Below are positions 1 to 13,070 of a DNA stretch of 64,000 nt, one piece after another. The DNA is taken from positions 182,530,001 through 182,594,000 of the forward strand of contig NC_058368.1 of NCBI RefSeq assembly GCF_018350175.1, given 5' to 3'. Under the pieces are notes generated by a model. The model was not told the DNA's origin. It did not search any database and was given only the letters and a program-made list of their open reading frames with translations. A program made the position numbers and the translations under genes. The DNA comes from Felis catus (Eukaryota). The number at the start of each line of letters is the position of its first letter. The first letter of the stretch is position 1.

Positions 1-450
1 TATTTTATGTGTGTGTGCAATCATTTTCTATTCTCTATTTCCTAAGTGTGAGTTCTGAAGTACTCGGGGGTCTAAATCTTTTATCTAGTGTTTCTGCCAA
101 CTCTCAAGCCACTCCTTTTCTGACACATTTTGGGATATTTGAATGGAAGTTCATATTTGTTCTTTTCTGGGGAGTATTTAAATGCTTTAATTCATGGTGT
201 TTTTCTTCAGATATTCTCCCTCATTCAAGAGTAGCTCTTTCCATAAGCCAAAGATCACTACTGACTTTGGTCTACTCCTGTCACATTCTGGCTTCATCCT
301 AAAAATTTATAAGTAGGCCAAAGGTTTACACCCTCCCAGAAGGACCAATATATGTGCTCACAGCTCACAGTTTTGATCTCTGTTCATTGTTTAATTTCTG
401 TTCCTCTTTTCCTTAGCCTTTGGCAATTTCCTTCATGTCCTTTATCCCAG
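1..450 (-). mobile_element. Probable old L1M (5'/ORF1-region) fragment, antisense
   Basis: T-rich degenerate sequence (e.g. TCTGAAGTACTCGGGGGTCTAAATC...GTTTCTGC...) resembling antisense old L1M 5' segments; judged from memory only. Confidence 0.4.
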
Positions 451-499
451 CAACACAATAATAATATTATTTTATGCTTACATTGATTGTTGAAGGAGG

Positions 500-952
500 G
501 TCTTTCAGATATTGGCTTTGCCTTATTGCTCTAAGAGGAAGATCAACTTTCTTCATTGGTAAAATGGTTATTTGGCCTCTCTCCCTTGTTCCAGTTAGAT
601 GTGAACATGTATGCAAAAAGCCAATGGTAAGGGAGTAGAACTTAGGTGTGTACATTCTGGGTCACTTTAAAGACAAGTTGCTTGTCTTTGACTTACTACT
701 CAGTCCCTAACCCCCTTCCTACTGTCTGAAAAACACTAACAAATGGAGCCATAGCTGTGTATCAGTGAAGGAAGCCACACATTGAGAAGGTCAAAGCCTA
801 CTGGCCAGCCTGAATCCCTACATGACTGCATGGATGAGAGATTCTTACCTGGCCTGAATGCTGAATGAAAAGAAAGACCAAAACAAACTCCTCTATTGTT
901 TGAATCTCTATAGTGTGGCCTTCTAAAGCAACCAACCTCTATCTTAACACAT
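500..952 (+). mobile_element. MaLR solo LTR (MLT1I/J-like)
   Basis: CAGTTAGATGTGAACATGT...GCCAATGG, GGAAGCCACACATTGAG and a 3' end TTGTTTGAATCTCT...TAACACA resemble MLT1 LTR motifs. Confidence 0.6.
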
Positions 953-1869
953 GTACTTCCTTTTTAGGGGATAACATGAATAGATAACCTAAAAACTCGA
1001 AGGCAAGGAAATGTCAACTTTTACAAACAAGTTCTCTAATCTTTTAACCGAAGACTGCAACTGAAATTAAAATAAAGCAACCAATACCTAGGGGAAGAAA
1101 AAAAAAAAAAGAACACAGAGAGAAGGAGGCATAAAGAGTTTAAATGTGACAGAAAACTGGAAAAAGTCTATCTTATCTTATGCTGGTATGGGGGGGGGAG
1201 TTGTAATTACCCAGTAAGATAAAAGCTGTTGAATTTGTGGCAATGGAAATATTAAGACAAATTAAATACCAAGCTTATCTCTCCTCTGTGCTATCAATAT
1301 TTTATACCAAACATCTGTTCCTTGTATCTCATCTCAGAAACACTTTTACACTTTATCAGCACAAGCACAGATTTTCAAAGCAAATTAAGCTAAATCGTTT
1401 TCACTTAATCACCAATTGATCACAACATACAGAAATGTCACATATTGATCTCTAAGAGCCCCATTTTCCCCAATTCAGAAAAGCATATTGGAGGAAACAC
1501 TTGATTTGCAATGAGAATGCACTGGTTAGGCTTCTGACATATTTTAAGCAGGAAGCATTTCAGTGATTAAAAGAATAAAATAACAAGTATTTTCAATGAG
1601 AGGTGAAAAATAGGCAATTTCCACCTTTTAGTTAACAGTCTTAGAGTAACAGGAGATCCTTCCAGACCCTTCAAGCTTTTTTAAGTCTCATTGGAGAATG
1701 CCAAGGAGAAGATGGCCATTTTTGTGTTGTAGGCCACTGTAATTTTAATATATAGGCACACCTAAGAATTAGAAGCAATCCTTCTTCCTGAAATTGGCTG
1801 AAGGGCTATTAGTCAATGCTAGGCAGGCCACATGCAGATTTGTTGCTAATCACTGACCTGGTCCAGCAA

Positions 1870-2148
1870 CTGCATGTTCCAATGCCCATGGGAGCTGAGC
1901 GGCTAACAAAAATGAGTGAAGATACACATTCTGCCCATATTGTATGGGTAGGTGATGTTCAATTCCAGATAACTACTGTTGCCTGGTACACATGCAGACC
2001 CACCCTTATAACATTTCCTTACTTTTCAAGACAACAACAGTAAAATGAAAACCAAGATACACATGCAAAATTTTACACTTCATGGTATGGCCCGAACAAA
2101 ACAGATCTGTGGATTGGATTTGGCCTCTTTTGAGGCCAAATGTGACCT
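1870..2148 (+). mobile_element. hAT-Charlie MITE, MER102-like
   Basis: AAATGAGTGAAG near the start; GGCCCGAACAAAACAGATCTGTGGATTGGATTTGGCC...GTGACCT at the 3' end. Confidence 0.6.
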
Positions 2149-2275
2149 ATTTTACAGCTTCTGATCCAGTCTAACCCACTCAATATAGAAAAAAAAAAAA
2201 AAAAAAAAAAAAAAGAAAGGGAAGGCCAATCATGAAGAGGCACAAGAAATGGTGCTAGAATCTAAACTTTCAGAC

Positions 2276-2386
2276 CAGGATGATCAACTGTCCTTATTTT
2301 TCAGAAACTTACAGTTTTAGCACTGAGGATCCACATACCAAAAAAATCATTCAGATCTGGGAAAACTGGAACCATTTGGCACTGTA
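2276..2386. mobile_element. hAT-Blackjack MITE, MER81-like
   Basis: CAGGATGATCAACTGTCC...GTTTTAGCACTGAGGATCC...GGGAAAACTGGAACCATTTGGCACTGTA follows the ~115-bp MER81 layout with degenerate TIRs. Confidence 0.6.
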
Positions 2387-2911
2387 TTCTAGACTTTGGT
2401 AAGTGATTTATTTTTTACCACATCCTGATGCATCTTTCTTTATTCCTATCATAAGAACATGTAATGAATTTGCAGCCTTCATAAGTTTATGTAAAGATGG
2501 GGAGACCAAGGCCCCAAAGATGACTACTGATCACATCAGCTGTGGCATTGCTCACCAAGCCAGAGATAGGACTAAATGGGGACCAGCAGTCAGATAGACT
2601 GAATGATTATTTCTGGCGCAGAAATTTAGCTTCTGTGATCCTTTAACTGATCACTTTCTCAAAATTGTCACATATTGTGGGATACTGTAGATGGTTATTT
2701 GGTTATATTTGGTTTATTATAGTTATTTTGTTTTTTTTTTCTCTCTTTCTCTGAGATAGATAGATAGATAGCTAGATAGGGATAGAGACAGATATAGCAT
2801 AGATAGCAGTCTATAGTCTCAATCTGTCTAAAAAGATAACTTGAAAAAAAATTGAACTTTAGTTTTAGTTAAATGTTCTCTCCCTCACTATCTCTGTCTT
2901 TGTCTCTCTCT

Positions 2912-2913
<2 letters not shown>

Positions 2914-2957
<44 letters not shown>

Positions 2958-2965
2958 TACACACA
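2914..2965. repeat. Compound microsatellite, (TA)18 then interrupted (CA)n
   Basis: Read directly; a (GATA)n run lies just upstream at about 2755-2790. Confidence 0.95.
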
Positions 2966-5129
2966 GAGATTTATGTGTATATGTAATTAATTTCGGTTTT
3001 GTACATATACATTTTATTGTTCACCCAAATGCCTCTCATTTAACTCATTCGTATAGCAGGTCAAACTTCAGAAATTGTACAATTCCAGTCATTTCCAGAA
3101 CATGATGAGGACGACAGGGAAAGAGAGAGAAAAAGTGAGCAAGCCTTACGAACTGTGAGGTTACAGATCTATTACTCATTTTACTCCAAGACCCAGGGAA
3201 TCTATCTGTGCTCAGAGTTCCAGCCAACTTCAAAGGGAGACTTATGATCACAGAAGCTCGATGAAATAATGGAACAAGAATAAAATTGGCCCTGTGTGAA
3301 TTAGATTGCAAAGGCAGGAACCTAGCTTCATTTACCTAAGAAGCTAATGTTTAAATTAAAACCTTTATATGCCCTCTATAGTTTTCTAAGAGTCCAGATT
3401 TGGTACAGGTGACTAGCACAGAGAAACTAACAAAGAAATTAAGGTGGGATAAAACAAAAGTGAGCAGTTTTTCCTTTATTCTTTTCAAATGATTGCCCTT
3501 ACATATGCACTTTTTTTTTTTTCCAGAGCCAGCATAGATGTGACAATTAGAGGATGATTTTTTTTTCCCTGTGGCCCTGAAGGGATCTAGCGAGAGACTT
3601 TAGTAGTTTTCTCTTTGTAAAATAAAGTCTGGCTTTGAAGCCAGGATCTCTGAAATGAGGCATTGCAAATGTCCTTTGATGAATCAGTCTGTGTGAAGGA
3701 GAAAGGAAGAAGGATAAGGGAGCAGCAGATTGATTGCAGCTAATGTTCCTCTCATGCCATGCCATTTTAATCTTCCTGGAATGGCCATGGATAATCAAGA
3801 GGTCAATCATGAATCCATCAAGGGGTCCTTGTCTCAAGGCAGTTTCCAAACTGTTGAAGCCCTCACTCAAATAAGCCATTTAAAACAGCGGAATAGGGTG
3901 AAACTGGGGCATGGTGGGGGGCACTGGAGAACGTTAACTTCAGGGGGTTATCTTTCAGCCAAGTGTGAGAGCTTCTCCAGAGAGGAGCACTTGAACAGGG
4001 TGTGCAGAAATGACTTTACCATGAACTTCACTCATAAAAAAGACAAATGAAAACTTCACTATGTCACAGGACGTGGTGGGCATGCAAGATATTCTGGGTA
4101 AAATTAAAAAGTAATCCCCAGAAGAAGACAAAGAGAGAGTAGAAAACTCAATTGCAGTTAAGAAACAGAGGAGTTACAAGTTGTAACCTCTGTCGACTGA
4201 CACTCCAGCGGCACTTATCCAAGTTGTGCTAAATATCCCCTGAGGGATTCGGTGCCTCTGGGGGCCCTCTGTCTAAAAGAGAGAGGGAAAAAATGAGTTT
4301 AAGGGCTGAGAAAGAATTGCTTACATTAGGAAGCCATAATATCTGTGAAGTTTGCTCATGTAGGACTGCCAGTTTGCTGCCCTCAGTAGAAGCACTTGGC
4401 AGCTTCCATTCCTGCTAGCCCATAAAGAAATAGCCTTTTCCTTTCCTCCAAGAACATCTCTGACTTCAGATGGCAGCCCCTTTTAAATTTTGGATGAGGT
4501 GTCAAATGAAATTTGACAGCTAACTGATAGGTTCAAATTCTCACAGGGCAGTCTATCCCTGAGGACACAGAAAAACTAATTCACTGCCAGGCCGGCAAAT
4601 TTTCAGCGATCCCTATCATTCCACATTCGGTTTGATGTGCAACCAACTGCTTTTTCTGGTGGGAACACGGTGCCTCTCATTAGATGGGTCCTTCTGTGAC
4701 AAAGGACAACGATATTAGAAGCACATGTCACCCCCCAGAGTTCTCTGATGTTCCAGAATGTATTTATTGACAAAATTAAGAATTGCCTCTGTTAGTGAAA
4801 TCACTGACCCCAAATGGTATCTGTGAAAAATGTTGTTTTTAATATCACTTGGGTCTAATATCATTTCATGACTAGTCTCTCAATCAAAATCTTATTAAAA
4901 ATGCAAAACTCCGCAGCCTGGGAGGAATTAAAAACTAAAGATTTTTATCACCATTCCACCTGATTTGTAACTCTACTTACTCTAGCTTGATCTTATGATA
5001 TGTGTTTGTATCATCCTACGTATAAGTTTGATCCTCTCTCAATTCTCAAATGAACAGAAACTTGAAACTAGAAATAATTAAGCAGCCTTAACCACACTCC
5101 TCTTATTAATCGTGGGGAGGGCATTGTTG

Positions 5130-5323
5130 CAGAGTGATTTGTGTTCAGATTTATGCTTAACTTACCACTGTTACAGTGTAACAACTCATAAATAACTAAA
5201 TTCTTTGGATCTCCTTTTTCTCATCTGTAAAATGAGGATAATAGTAGTACCTAAGGCACAGGTATTGAGAGCAGTAAGGCAACCAACACGTGACACAGAG
5301 TAAGGGCTCAATCAATAGTAGCT
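5130..5323 (+). mobile_element. MIR SINE
   Basis: Core TTTCTCATCTGTAAAATGAGGATAATAGTAGTACCT and 3' end GGCTCAATCAATAGTAGCT. Confidence 0.8.
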
Positions 5324-6169
5324 TAAGGGAAATAAAGATCAGTCTACCAGCAGCTGAGAACACTGTGCAGTATGATAGGCACCATACATCCTGCATCCTA
5401 TAACTTGAGTTTTCCTATATGATCTGGAAAACCATGCTTTAGTATTACTAAGGTCACTGGATTTTACCACAATCTCCTGAGCTTCAGCTTAGTTTTTCAC
5501 CATTATTCTGAAATGACATCAAGAAATATAGTCTTGAATTTACTGAGTTCCTCCTATGTCAAAAAAGACTGAATTTGTGCTTTAGTCCCTACTTATATGA
5601 CCCATTTCCTCCAAACCCATTGCCTCACTCCTGTGAAAGATTGTTATGCTATTTAAGTTATATCAATCCATGGAAGAGGGACAACGGAGTGAGCTATGTG
5701 TATGCCATTCTTGTCTTATAGTGAAAGGAAAAGAGAACCAGGAGAATTGAAGTTGAGTTCCATCATTAGTGAATAATAGAAAATTGTTCATCTTTTTGTG
5801 CCATAATGTCCTCACCTATGGATAAAGCAATTAGAGTATATAATCTCAAAGATCCCTTCTATATGGATAGTCTATAAGGTGAGTCAAAGAAGCCCTGGAT
5901 CAATGAGAGATTTCAAAACAAAGTGCATTATATGGGAGGTAAAAAAATCTTAAGCAAAAGAGTGAAAACAAGAGAAAATTAAGGTGTTTTAATCCAAGAA
6001 AATATAAACTGGATTATAAAATAAGGCATAATTGCTCTAAGAAAAACTGAATACTAGTCAACTTACTGAATGGCAAAGAATATGAATACCCTATGGTTAC
6101 AAAGCAAATAAATCAAACCAACACAAGTTGAATGTGCAACAGTACAGAGCACCAGTGTAAGGAAGTGTT

Positions 6170-8110
6170 CATAGATTCAACAAATATTTATTGATCTCCT
6201 GCTATATGCCAAATGATGCCTTAGAGTATCTGGGGCACATCAGTGAGCAAACCAAACAAAGATTCCTGACCTTGGGAAATTTATATTCTAGAGTTAAAAA
6301 GAGTAGATAAGTAATAATCTAAACAAATAAGTAAAATATTTGATACTTAAGAGGATAACAAATGTTATGGAAAAAATATAAAATAGACAATAATAAACAT
6401 ACAAGTAGAGGAACAGAGACAACTGGCAGGTGAGACAAAAAGAATGGTCGGATTAGGTGGTAGTTGAGAAGTCACATTTGAAGAAATATTTGGAAGAAGT
6501 GAGGGAATTTACCATGTAGCCATCCAGGTGAAGGTATTCCAGATAGAGAGGCCATCTAAGGCATAAACTCTAAATGGGAGAGTCAGGGTGCATACAAGAT
6601 GAGGTCAGAAAATGAAGCAGTCATTTGGGCCATTTAACAATGAAAGCATTTAAACAAAATAAGAAATCATTGCAGGGTATTAGACAGAGGAGTGACATGA
6701 TGAGACTTGAATTGTAATGGACTTTGTCTGAGAACAGTGGGGAGATAGTGGACACGGAGCAGGCAAAAACAGAAGAAAGGAGAAGTGCTAAGAGGTTTTG
6801 CAGTAATTCATATTAGAGATATTGGTGGTTGTGTCTAGGGCCAAGGTGGTTAGAAATGATGGGATACTAGACATATTTTGGAGGTAGAAACTTGAAGTTT
6901 TCTGATGAACTGAATGTGAACATATGAATAAAAGAGGCGAGAGAATGGGGAAGGCAGCCGTGGGATCTAACATCCAAGAGAGGGAATGGCTTCCTATGAG
7001 GCTATGGTAACAGGCAGCACTACAGAATAAAGGGAGTAAATGTTACCACGTGGGTAAATGAGGTAGAGGGAGTATATGGAAAGACTTGTTTTCGAATTTA
7101 ATTTTGTCAGTAAGATAAGAAGCAGTATCTTCAGCTGGGAATGTGTGTGGAAAAGGAATACTTGGGAATTCAAGAGAGAAGCTGTGTAATTGCTAACTAA
7201 GAAAATGGTACCATCACTAGACTAGGAAGTTAAAACCTGAATGCCTGGCACCATTAGAGTCTCAACTGAGAGTTTTGTTTGTGGAGCTTAAATGAGACCA
7301 GTCTGAGAAGTCACATGTTTTTCTCTATTGCATTTAAGTTGCACAGGGGCAAGCACAGAATAAGCAGCAGGTTTGCTTTTAAAGGATTTTGGTTTTACCA
7401 ATTGAGTCCAAAGTGAAGGAGGAGTAAAAGTCAAGATGGGCAAGGGAGTGATTCTAACAATTGACCATAACATTTAAATGTGGAGTTCAGGGGTGGGGGG
7501 TGCAATGACATTAAATGATGAAGAACAGTGAGAAGATGATAGAAGGCATTGATTGGTGGTGCTAGTGTTACGAAAGGTAGCTGAGAACTAGAGGGAGATT
7601 GAAGGTGGAAGTCAGTTCACATAATTATTATTGAAGGGTAGCAGTTATTGGTGTTGATTAAGCATGATTAGGACATAGTCACAAGGTCTGACCTTGGGAA
7701 TGAGTAACTGAAGTCCAGTGAAGATACAAATCTTTGAAGAAGATTAGTTAAAAAAAATGGGGACCTAAGGTGTTAGAAGGAACAGCTATAATCACAAGTT
7801 AAGACACAAGTAGTATTGGACAGAGTGATGCTGAAGAAGTCATCTTAAAAATGGGAAGAACTGACCTTGGGTTCTATAAGTGACAACAATAAGAAGAAAT
7901 ACTGATAAAGCAAGCTGATTGCTTGAGTTTCAAAATTGGGATTTTTAGGAAAATGTGAGAAAGACTAATTGGAAAAACATGAGAGACATCTGTCTCATGT
8001 GTGGGATGAGATGTATGAGAGAAAATGCAACCATGAGGGGACATAGTGCCCTCAAGAGAGAGGTCATAAAAGAAGGTAATGGAATCATCTAAAGAAAAAA
8101 AAATCTTGTT
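6170..8110 (-). mobile_element. L2 LINE remnant (3' end plus body)
   Basis: Begins with the antisense L2 tail ATTCAACAAATATTTATTGA; purine-rich body with GAGTGACATGATGAGACTTG and TTTTGGAGGTAGAA motifs; far end approximate. Confidence 0.7.
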
Positions 8111-11049
8111 GGTGGATTTTGAACACTATGACCCAAACACGGTGTGCATTACAGTTATTATCCTCCCTGTGTTACTCCTCTTTACATTAATTCCTATTTC
8201 ATTGATGGATTAATTCCAGTCTTAATTTTTAAACAAAAGAGCAATAGAGTCAGATCCTAGACTGATTGTAATACTTAATTCTCAATAACACATCAAAAAA
8301 AGGTCAATAAACCTCAGGTAAAATAGTTGTATCATTTAAAATGGGTCTTCTGTCTTTGATTTTCTCTACTATGGATGGATGACAAAAGAATGCAATGGAA
8401 GGTGTCCTTGTTACAAGAAAGAAGTGACTCCATATACAGTTATTTTCAAGTTTGATCAATCATTTCCAACTCATTTCTTACTTTTCCTTTTAAAACACCT
8501 ACCCCACCAAGAATTTCAATAACAGTGAGAAAATAATTTAGGCAACTGACAGGCAATTCAATTTCCTGGCAGATTTTTAGATAATCAGACACCCAGGAGA
8601 AACTTGTACATTTGTTTTATTCATGGTCAATTTGCTATGGCACATTTTTCTCTACCAGCTCAACTCAACTTTTACTCAACAGAGAAGTGGTGCATTATTA
8701 TGTAGCAACACAACTGGCTTAGGTGGTTAACCAGGCACAGATCATCATTTCTGCAAACAAGCCCTCTCGTTGCTTCCTGCCAATGAATTTCACTTAGGTC
8801 TTTGTTCATTCATTAGGAAGCTTGTGCCAGACTCTTGTGGTTCAAATACACATGGGAAATAGTCATGATTACTCTGACTCTTTGTGTTTCCTGGAGCCAG
8901 TGGACTCTGAAGCAATTGCCAGAAGATCAAGAGAACAGCTGATCCATGGGTCAAGAGCTAGAGAGTTAAGGTAGGGCCAAATGTCGACACTTTGATTGAC
9001 ATATATAATTATATTTGTGCTATGACAAATAGCTGGTCTGGGAATGAGCATATATGTGAGAAAAGATATCCAATCTCTTCCAATGAAGAGGAAGCTAAGT
9101 GTAATATTTTCTCTTGTTTAGAAGTGTCTACAGACACCCACAGACCAGCAATAATATGTACCAGGAGAAGGGGCAACAGTGGAAGCAAGATGTCCTTCTA
9201 CTGATAGTAGAGGAAAGGCCAGATGTAGATTCTGGAGAAGGGAAGCAACTTCAGTAACTTGAAAGAATGCTGCCCATGAAAAATCACCTGCCAAATGACC
9301 CCCTCAGAGGTGAACCACTAAAAGCCAGTGGTTTAGAGAGAGTTGTAAGAGGCCAAATGGAGGAGAAAGCCTAAGCCAGGGCACAGAGTTCTCCAGTGCC
9401 TAAGTCTCCAAAGAAATACAGGAGATAAAGGCATACCTCCCCAGGGAAAAGACAGGGAGAGAAAAAGATTGTCCTTTGAATATCTGCCTCACTCACAGTC
9501 ATCAATGTCAGATTACAATTCTGCCACCTGACTTGCCTATGTTGGGAGGAATGGTATTTAACCAGTTGTTAGTATGTAGAAAAAATGTTTTCCAATTAAA
9601 AGAAAAAAACTGGGTCTTAATTCTACAAATGTTTTACTCTTAAATTGAGAATACAACTTACCAATTTTTATTAATTGCATAGTAATTTAAATATGCCTAC
9701 AGATCAGATATGGCTCATGAGGAACATTTCGTGCCCTCTGGTATCAGTAATACCACAACCAGTAAGGTCCTTTATATTCATATTTTAGCTAAGTTCTTTG
9801 TTAGCAATATCTGCTGTGATGTAAGCCTTTCCCCCCCACCCCGGTCTAAATCTTTTCCACTTTGTAATATAAAATTATTGTTTGGTACTCTCCACAGTAT
9901 GCTTTTTAGGTCATTATCCAGTCACTTGCCTAGTCAATAATCTTTGCACACTATTTAATGCTCAGGCATTTTATGATCTAGGTGCTTGTAAGTGATTGTC
10001 AATTCTATATTTATGTCTGCCTAAAAGTGACAGTATCATTTTCTGAGCATCTTATTTTCATCTTCACTTCGCATCTTGTCTTGCTTCATTTTTTTTTCAG
10101 TTATGAAAACAATAAACATAAAATTTTAAGAAATGTAGGTAAGTAGAATCAAAATTTTATAAATCCTACAGTTACAGTGGCATTATATCCATTGCAATCA
10201 TTTTGGTTTGAAGAATTTCTCTCTCCATCCCAGTCTTTCTCTCTCTTTCTTTCAGACTAAAACCAAACAAACAAACACTCCATCTTTTTGGCAAAGGGAA
10301 AAACTAACATTTCTATTGCCTTTTTCTTCCCCTTTCTTCTTTTATACCCTCAGACGAAAGCACTTTGGTTTTGAACCTAGCATAAGAATTTGATTTGAGG
10401 CATGTGAAAGAAATATAACTAGGAAACTTTTGTTGGTCTTTCAAATGTGAAAAACAGGCCCCAAAGCCCTTTTGTTTAGGACACTTCTTATTTGAATATG
10501 CCCAGATAAGTCCTAAGGTTTAGTCAAGCTTGGAAAGGTTGAAACCAAGAAAGGGCAATTTGCTTGGCATAATAATGCAATGGGAATTTTCTACTTTTCC
10601 TTGGAGGTTTGAGAGGAATATGTTGGGAGAAGGAGGAGCCTGGGGATTCAAAGAAGCCAGACAATGAAGGATGTTTGGGGGGGGGGTGCTGTTGGGTGGG
10701 TGCTAAACAATGTGGTAGCAGATGGGGGTCTAACATAATAGAGCCCCTGAGAAGTTCCCCAGAAAGGATAATGAGCATGTAACTTTAAAAGTACTGCTGT
10801 CTGACATTCAATTGTAGCTTGTTCCCTCTCCTCCCATATGCTGCAATTCCCTGTCTTTCTAGACAGGTCTTCCAGGAGAGGCACATACACCAGCACTGTG
10901 CATTATTGCTGCTCTGGAGAATTTTGAGAGGAGAGACCAGAGTGAGCTGTAGCAGCATGCAGGGGCAAGAAGACAATTGGAAAAACACAGTAGCAGGACT
11001 GTGAGGCAACAGTGATAAATTTTCATTCACAGAGAGAATGATTACAGAC

Positions 11050-11515
11050 CAAGAGCATTTTAACATTCCCCTCAGCATGATTAAATGTTAGACAGGTTTC
11101 TTTCTGACTCTAGGTTTGTGACCTCTCTTTCCGTAGAGCATTTACTTGAAAAAAAAATCAAGTACAAATTCTCCCCTGTCCCTTTTAGATCTAAATCTTC
11201 TCCCAACTTCTGGCTAGCTTCACACAGGTATGTCTTTCTCAGCACTTGGGATCTATTCTTAAGACAGAGCCCCTAGCTCCCAGGCTCTGTGGAAGGGTAG
11301 GAACCTAACTTCAAGGAGCACCAATTAACAAACACAGATGGCCTAATCACATTGACTAACCACCCACCTAAAACTCTTCATTAGCTTACCTCGTGCTTAA
11401 AAACTCATCTGCTTTTTGTTTCAGTGGAGTCGATTCCAATCTCTTTCTCCTACTGCAATAGTCCTGAATAAAATCTTCCTCACCATTTTCAACAAGCATC
11501 CAGTGTAACTCTTAT
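11050..11515 (+). mobile_element. ERV1 solo LTR (MER31/MER67-like)
   Basis: TAGAGCATTTACTT, GGAAGGGTAGGAACCTAACTTC, AAACACAGATGGCCTAATCACATTGAC and polyA signal TGCAATAGTCCTGAATAAA. Confidence 0.7.
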
Positions 11516-12789
11516 GCTATCTCCACCACAGGAACTGTTGGAAAAGTGAGGAGACCTTTGGACTGGTCACAGCCGTGTGGTATGGTAGACCCCAGTTGGC
11601 AGTGCCTGCCCAGCATTGATTTACTCTTTTTCTGGAACCACCACCAGGATTTTACTTTAAGAAGCCATCCCTCCCTACTTTGTCTGGCTTTGTGGAAACT
11701 GCCATTAATGTGCATTGCCTCCCGTTTCCCATTCCCTACCAAGTGATGGACCTGTGACCTGGGAGGAGCTGGATCTATCAAACACTCAAGAGTATTTGCA
11801 TCTTTAATTGAATGGCTCAGGAGAGAAAACAGTGGAAGCAAATTCATCCCAATGTCAGCAGCCTGGAGAGACTGTTCATTAGTCTTCACTTGCCAGAGTC
11901 CAGGAGCTCTTTCTGCTCCAGATGCATAAGGGGCTATAGTTCCTGAGTTAGTCCTTCTGTATGCTCAATTATTAGGATACTAACCTTTCCCTCACCACTT
12001 CCTTTATTTTTCTTACATTACCCTTTACCCAATTTTTGCTGCTTGCAATATAAGAATGATAACAGGTAAATATAAGATTGGAACTCAGCTAATTTTTAGA
12101 TGTACAATGAAGGACAGGGAAAGCATAGACATGCACTCCATTGTATCCTTTCCTATCATTTCTGACCCCCCCTCCCCTTTTTCATTTTATTTTTCTTTTA
12201 TCTCTTAACTCGTTATCTACTTATTTGTTGGGTCAGTACATACAGATTTTAATATTTTTAATAGAGCCTTCTTGTGTTCTTTCTATTAACCTTTATTTCT
12301 TCTCTTTTACTCTTTTCTTTTTCTCTATGTTCCCTGACACAATTCCTGGCCACACCTTTGGCCCACAAGTGACTTGTCAACAGGATGTCTGCATTTAGTA
12401 AGCCAAGTTTTGCTACCCAAAGCTCCAGGGAATGTTAAGTACACGGAGCCCTTGGAGTGCAGCCAGAATAACCTGCTAGTCCTCGTCCCTAAGAGTTAGG
12501 TCTTTGCTGAGCGTTGTTCAGTGGTTGTGAATCCTAGAGACAATACTGATCTCTTTCAGATCTATCACTGAGATTACGATATACATTTTCATTCCTTTGT
12601 TCTCCTCTCTGATGTTTTCCAAGTCATATACAAATTGCTAATTTGAATTCAAGGCTGCATTACTTCACAGTCTAAGATTAATTTACACTCGCAAGGATCA
12701 AAACCTTTACATAAAGAGAGTTGGTGTGGGGAAAGAAGGACATAGATGTGTTTTCAAATGTATCTACTCTGTACCAGGAAGGACATGGG

Positions 12790-13070
12790 TTAATGCAAAA
12801 AGAAAGCACATAAACTTGAAGTTAATCAGACCTCTGTTAGCATCTTGACTTTAACATTCAAAAACATTTCAGCTTGGTTTCTATTCTTGCTACTGTTGTT
12901 TTAATATTGGGCACATTTCCTCAGTTTCTTCATCTATGACAGAGAGATTACAATTCCTATATGAGAGTTGCTATGAAATTATGTACATGAAACTCTCGAG
13001 TGCCTAATACATAATGCACACTAAATAAATAAAGGTAATGAGAGTGATGTTGATTAATTACTGTTATTTC
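12790..13070 (+). mobile_element. MIR SINE
   Basis: CCTCAGTTTCTTCATCTAT core and GTGCCTAATACATAATGCACACTAAATAAAT 3' end. Confidence 0.7.

Noticed and set aside
2189..2214. A26 run as a possible retrocopy tail
   Set aside because: No upstream polyA signal, recognisable cDNA or TSD; looks like a homopolymer expansion
3547..4050. Overlapping 110-aa and 106-aa ORFs on opposite strands
   Set aside because: No recognisable homology or clear exon boundaries; treated as chance ORFs in a less AT-rich segment
8850..9700. Purine-rich segment vaguely like an ancient LTR (LTR78/Gypsy-type)
   Set aside because: Could not match specific motifs or termini with confidence
10101..10138. 38-nt segment between TTTTTTTTTCAG and AG|GTAAGT
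   Set aside because: Strong-looking sites, but the segment is very AT-rich, not frame-preserving, and sits in sequence resembling an antisense L1ME tail
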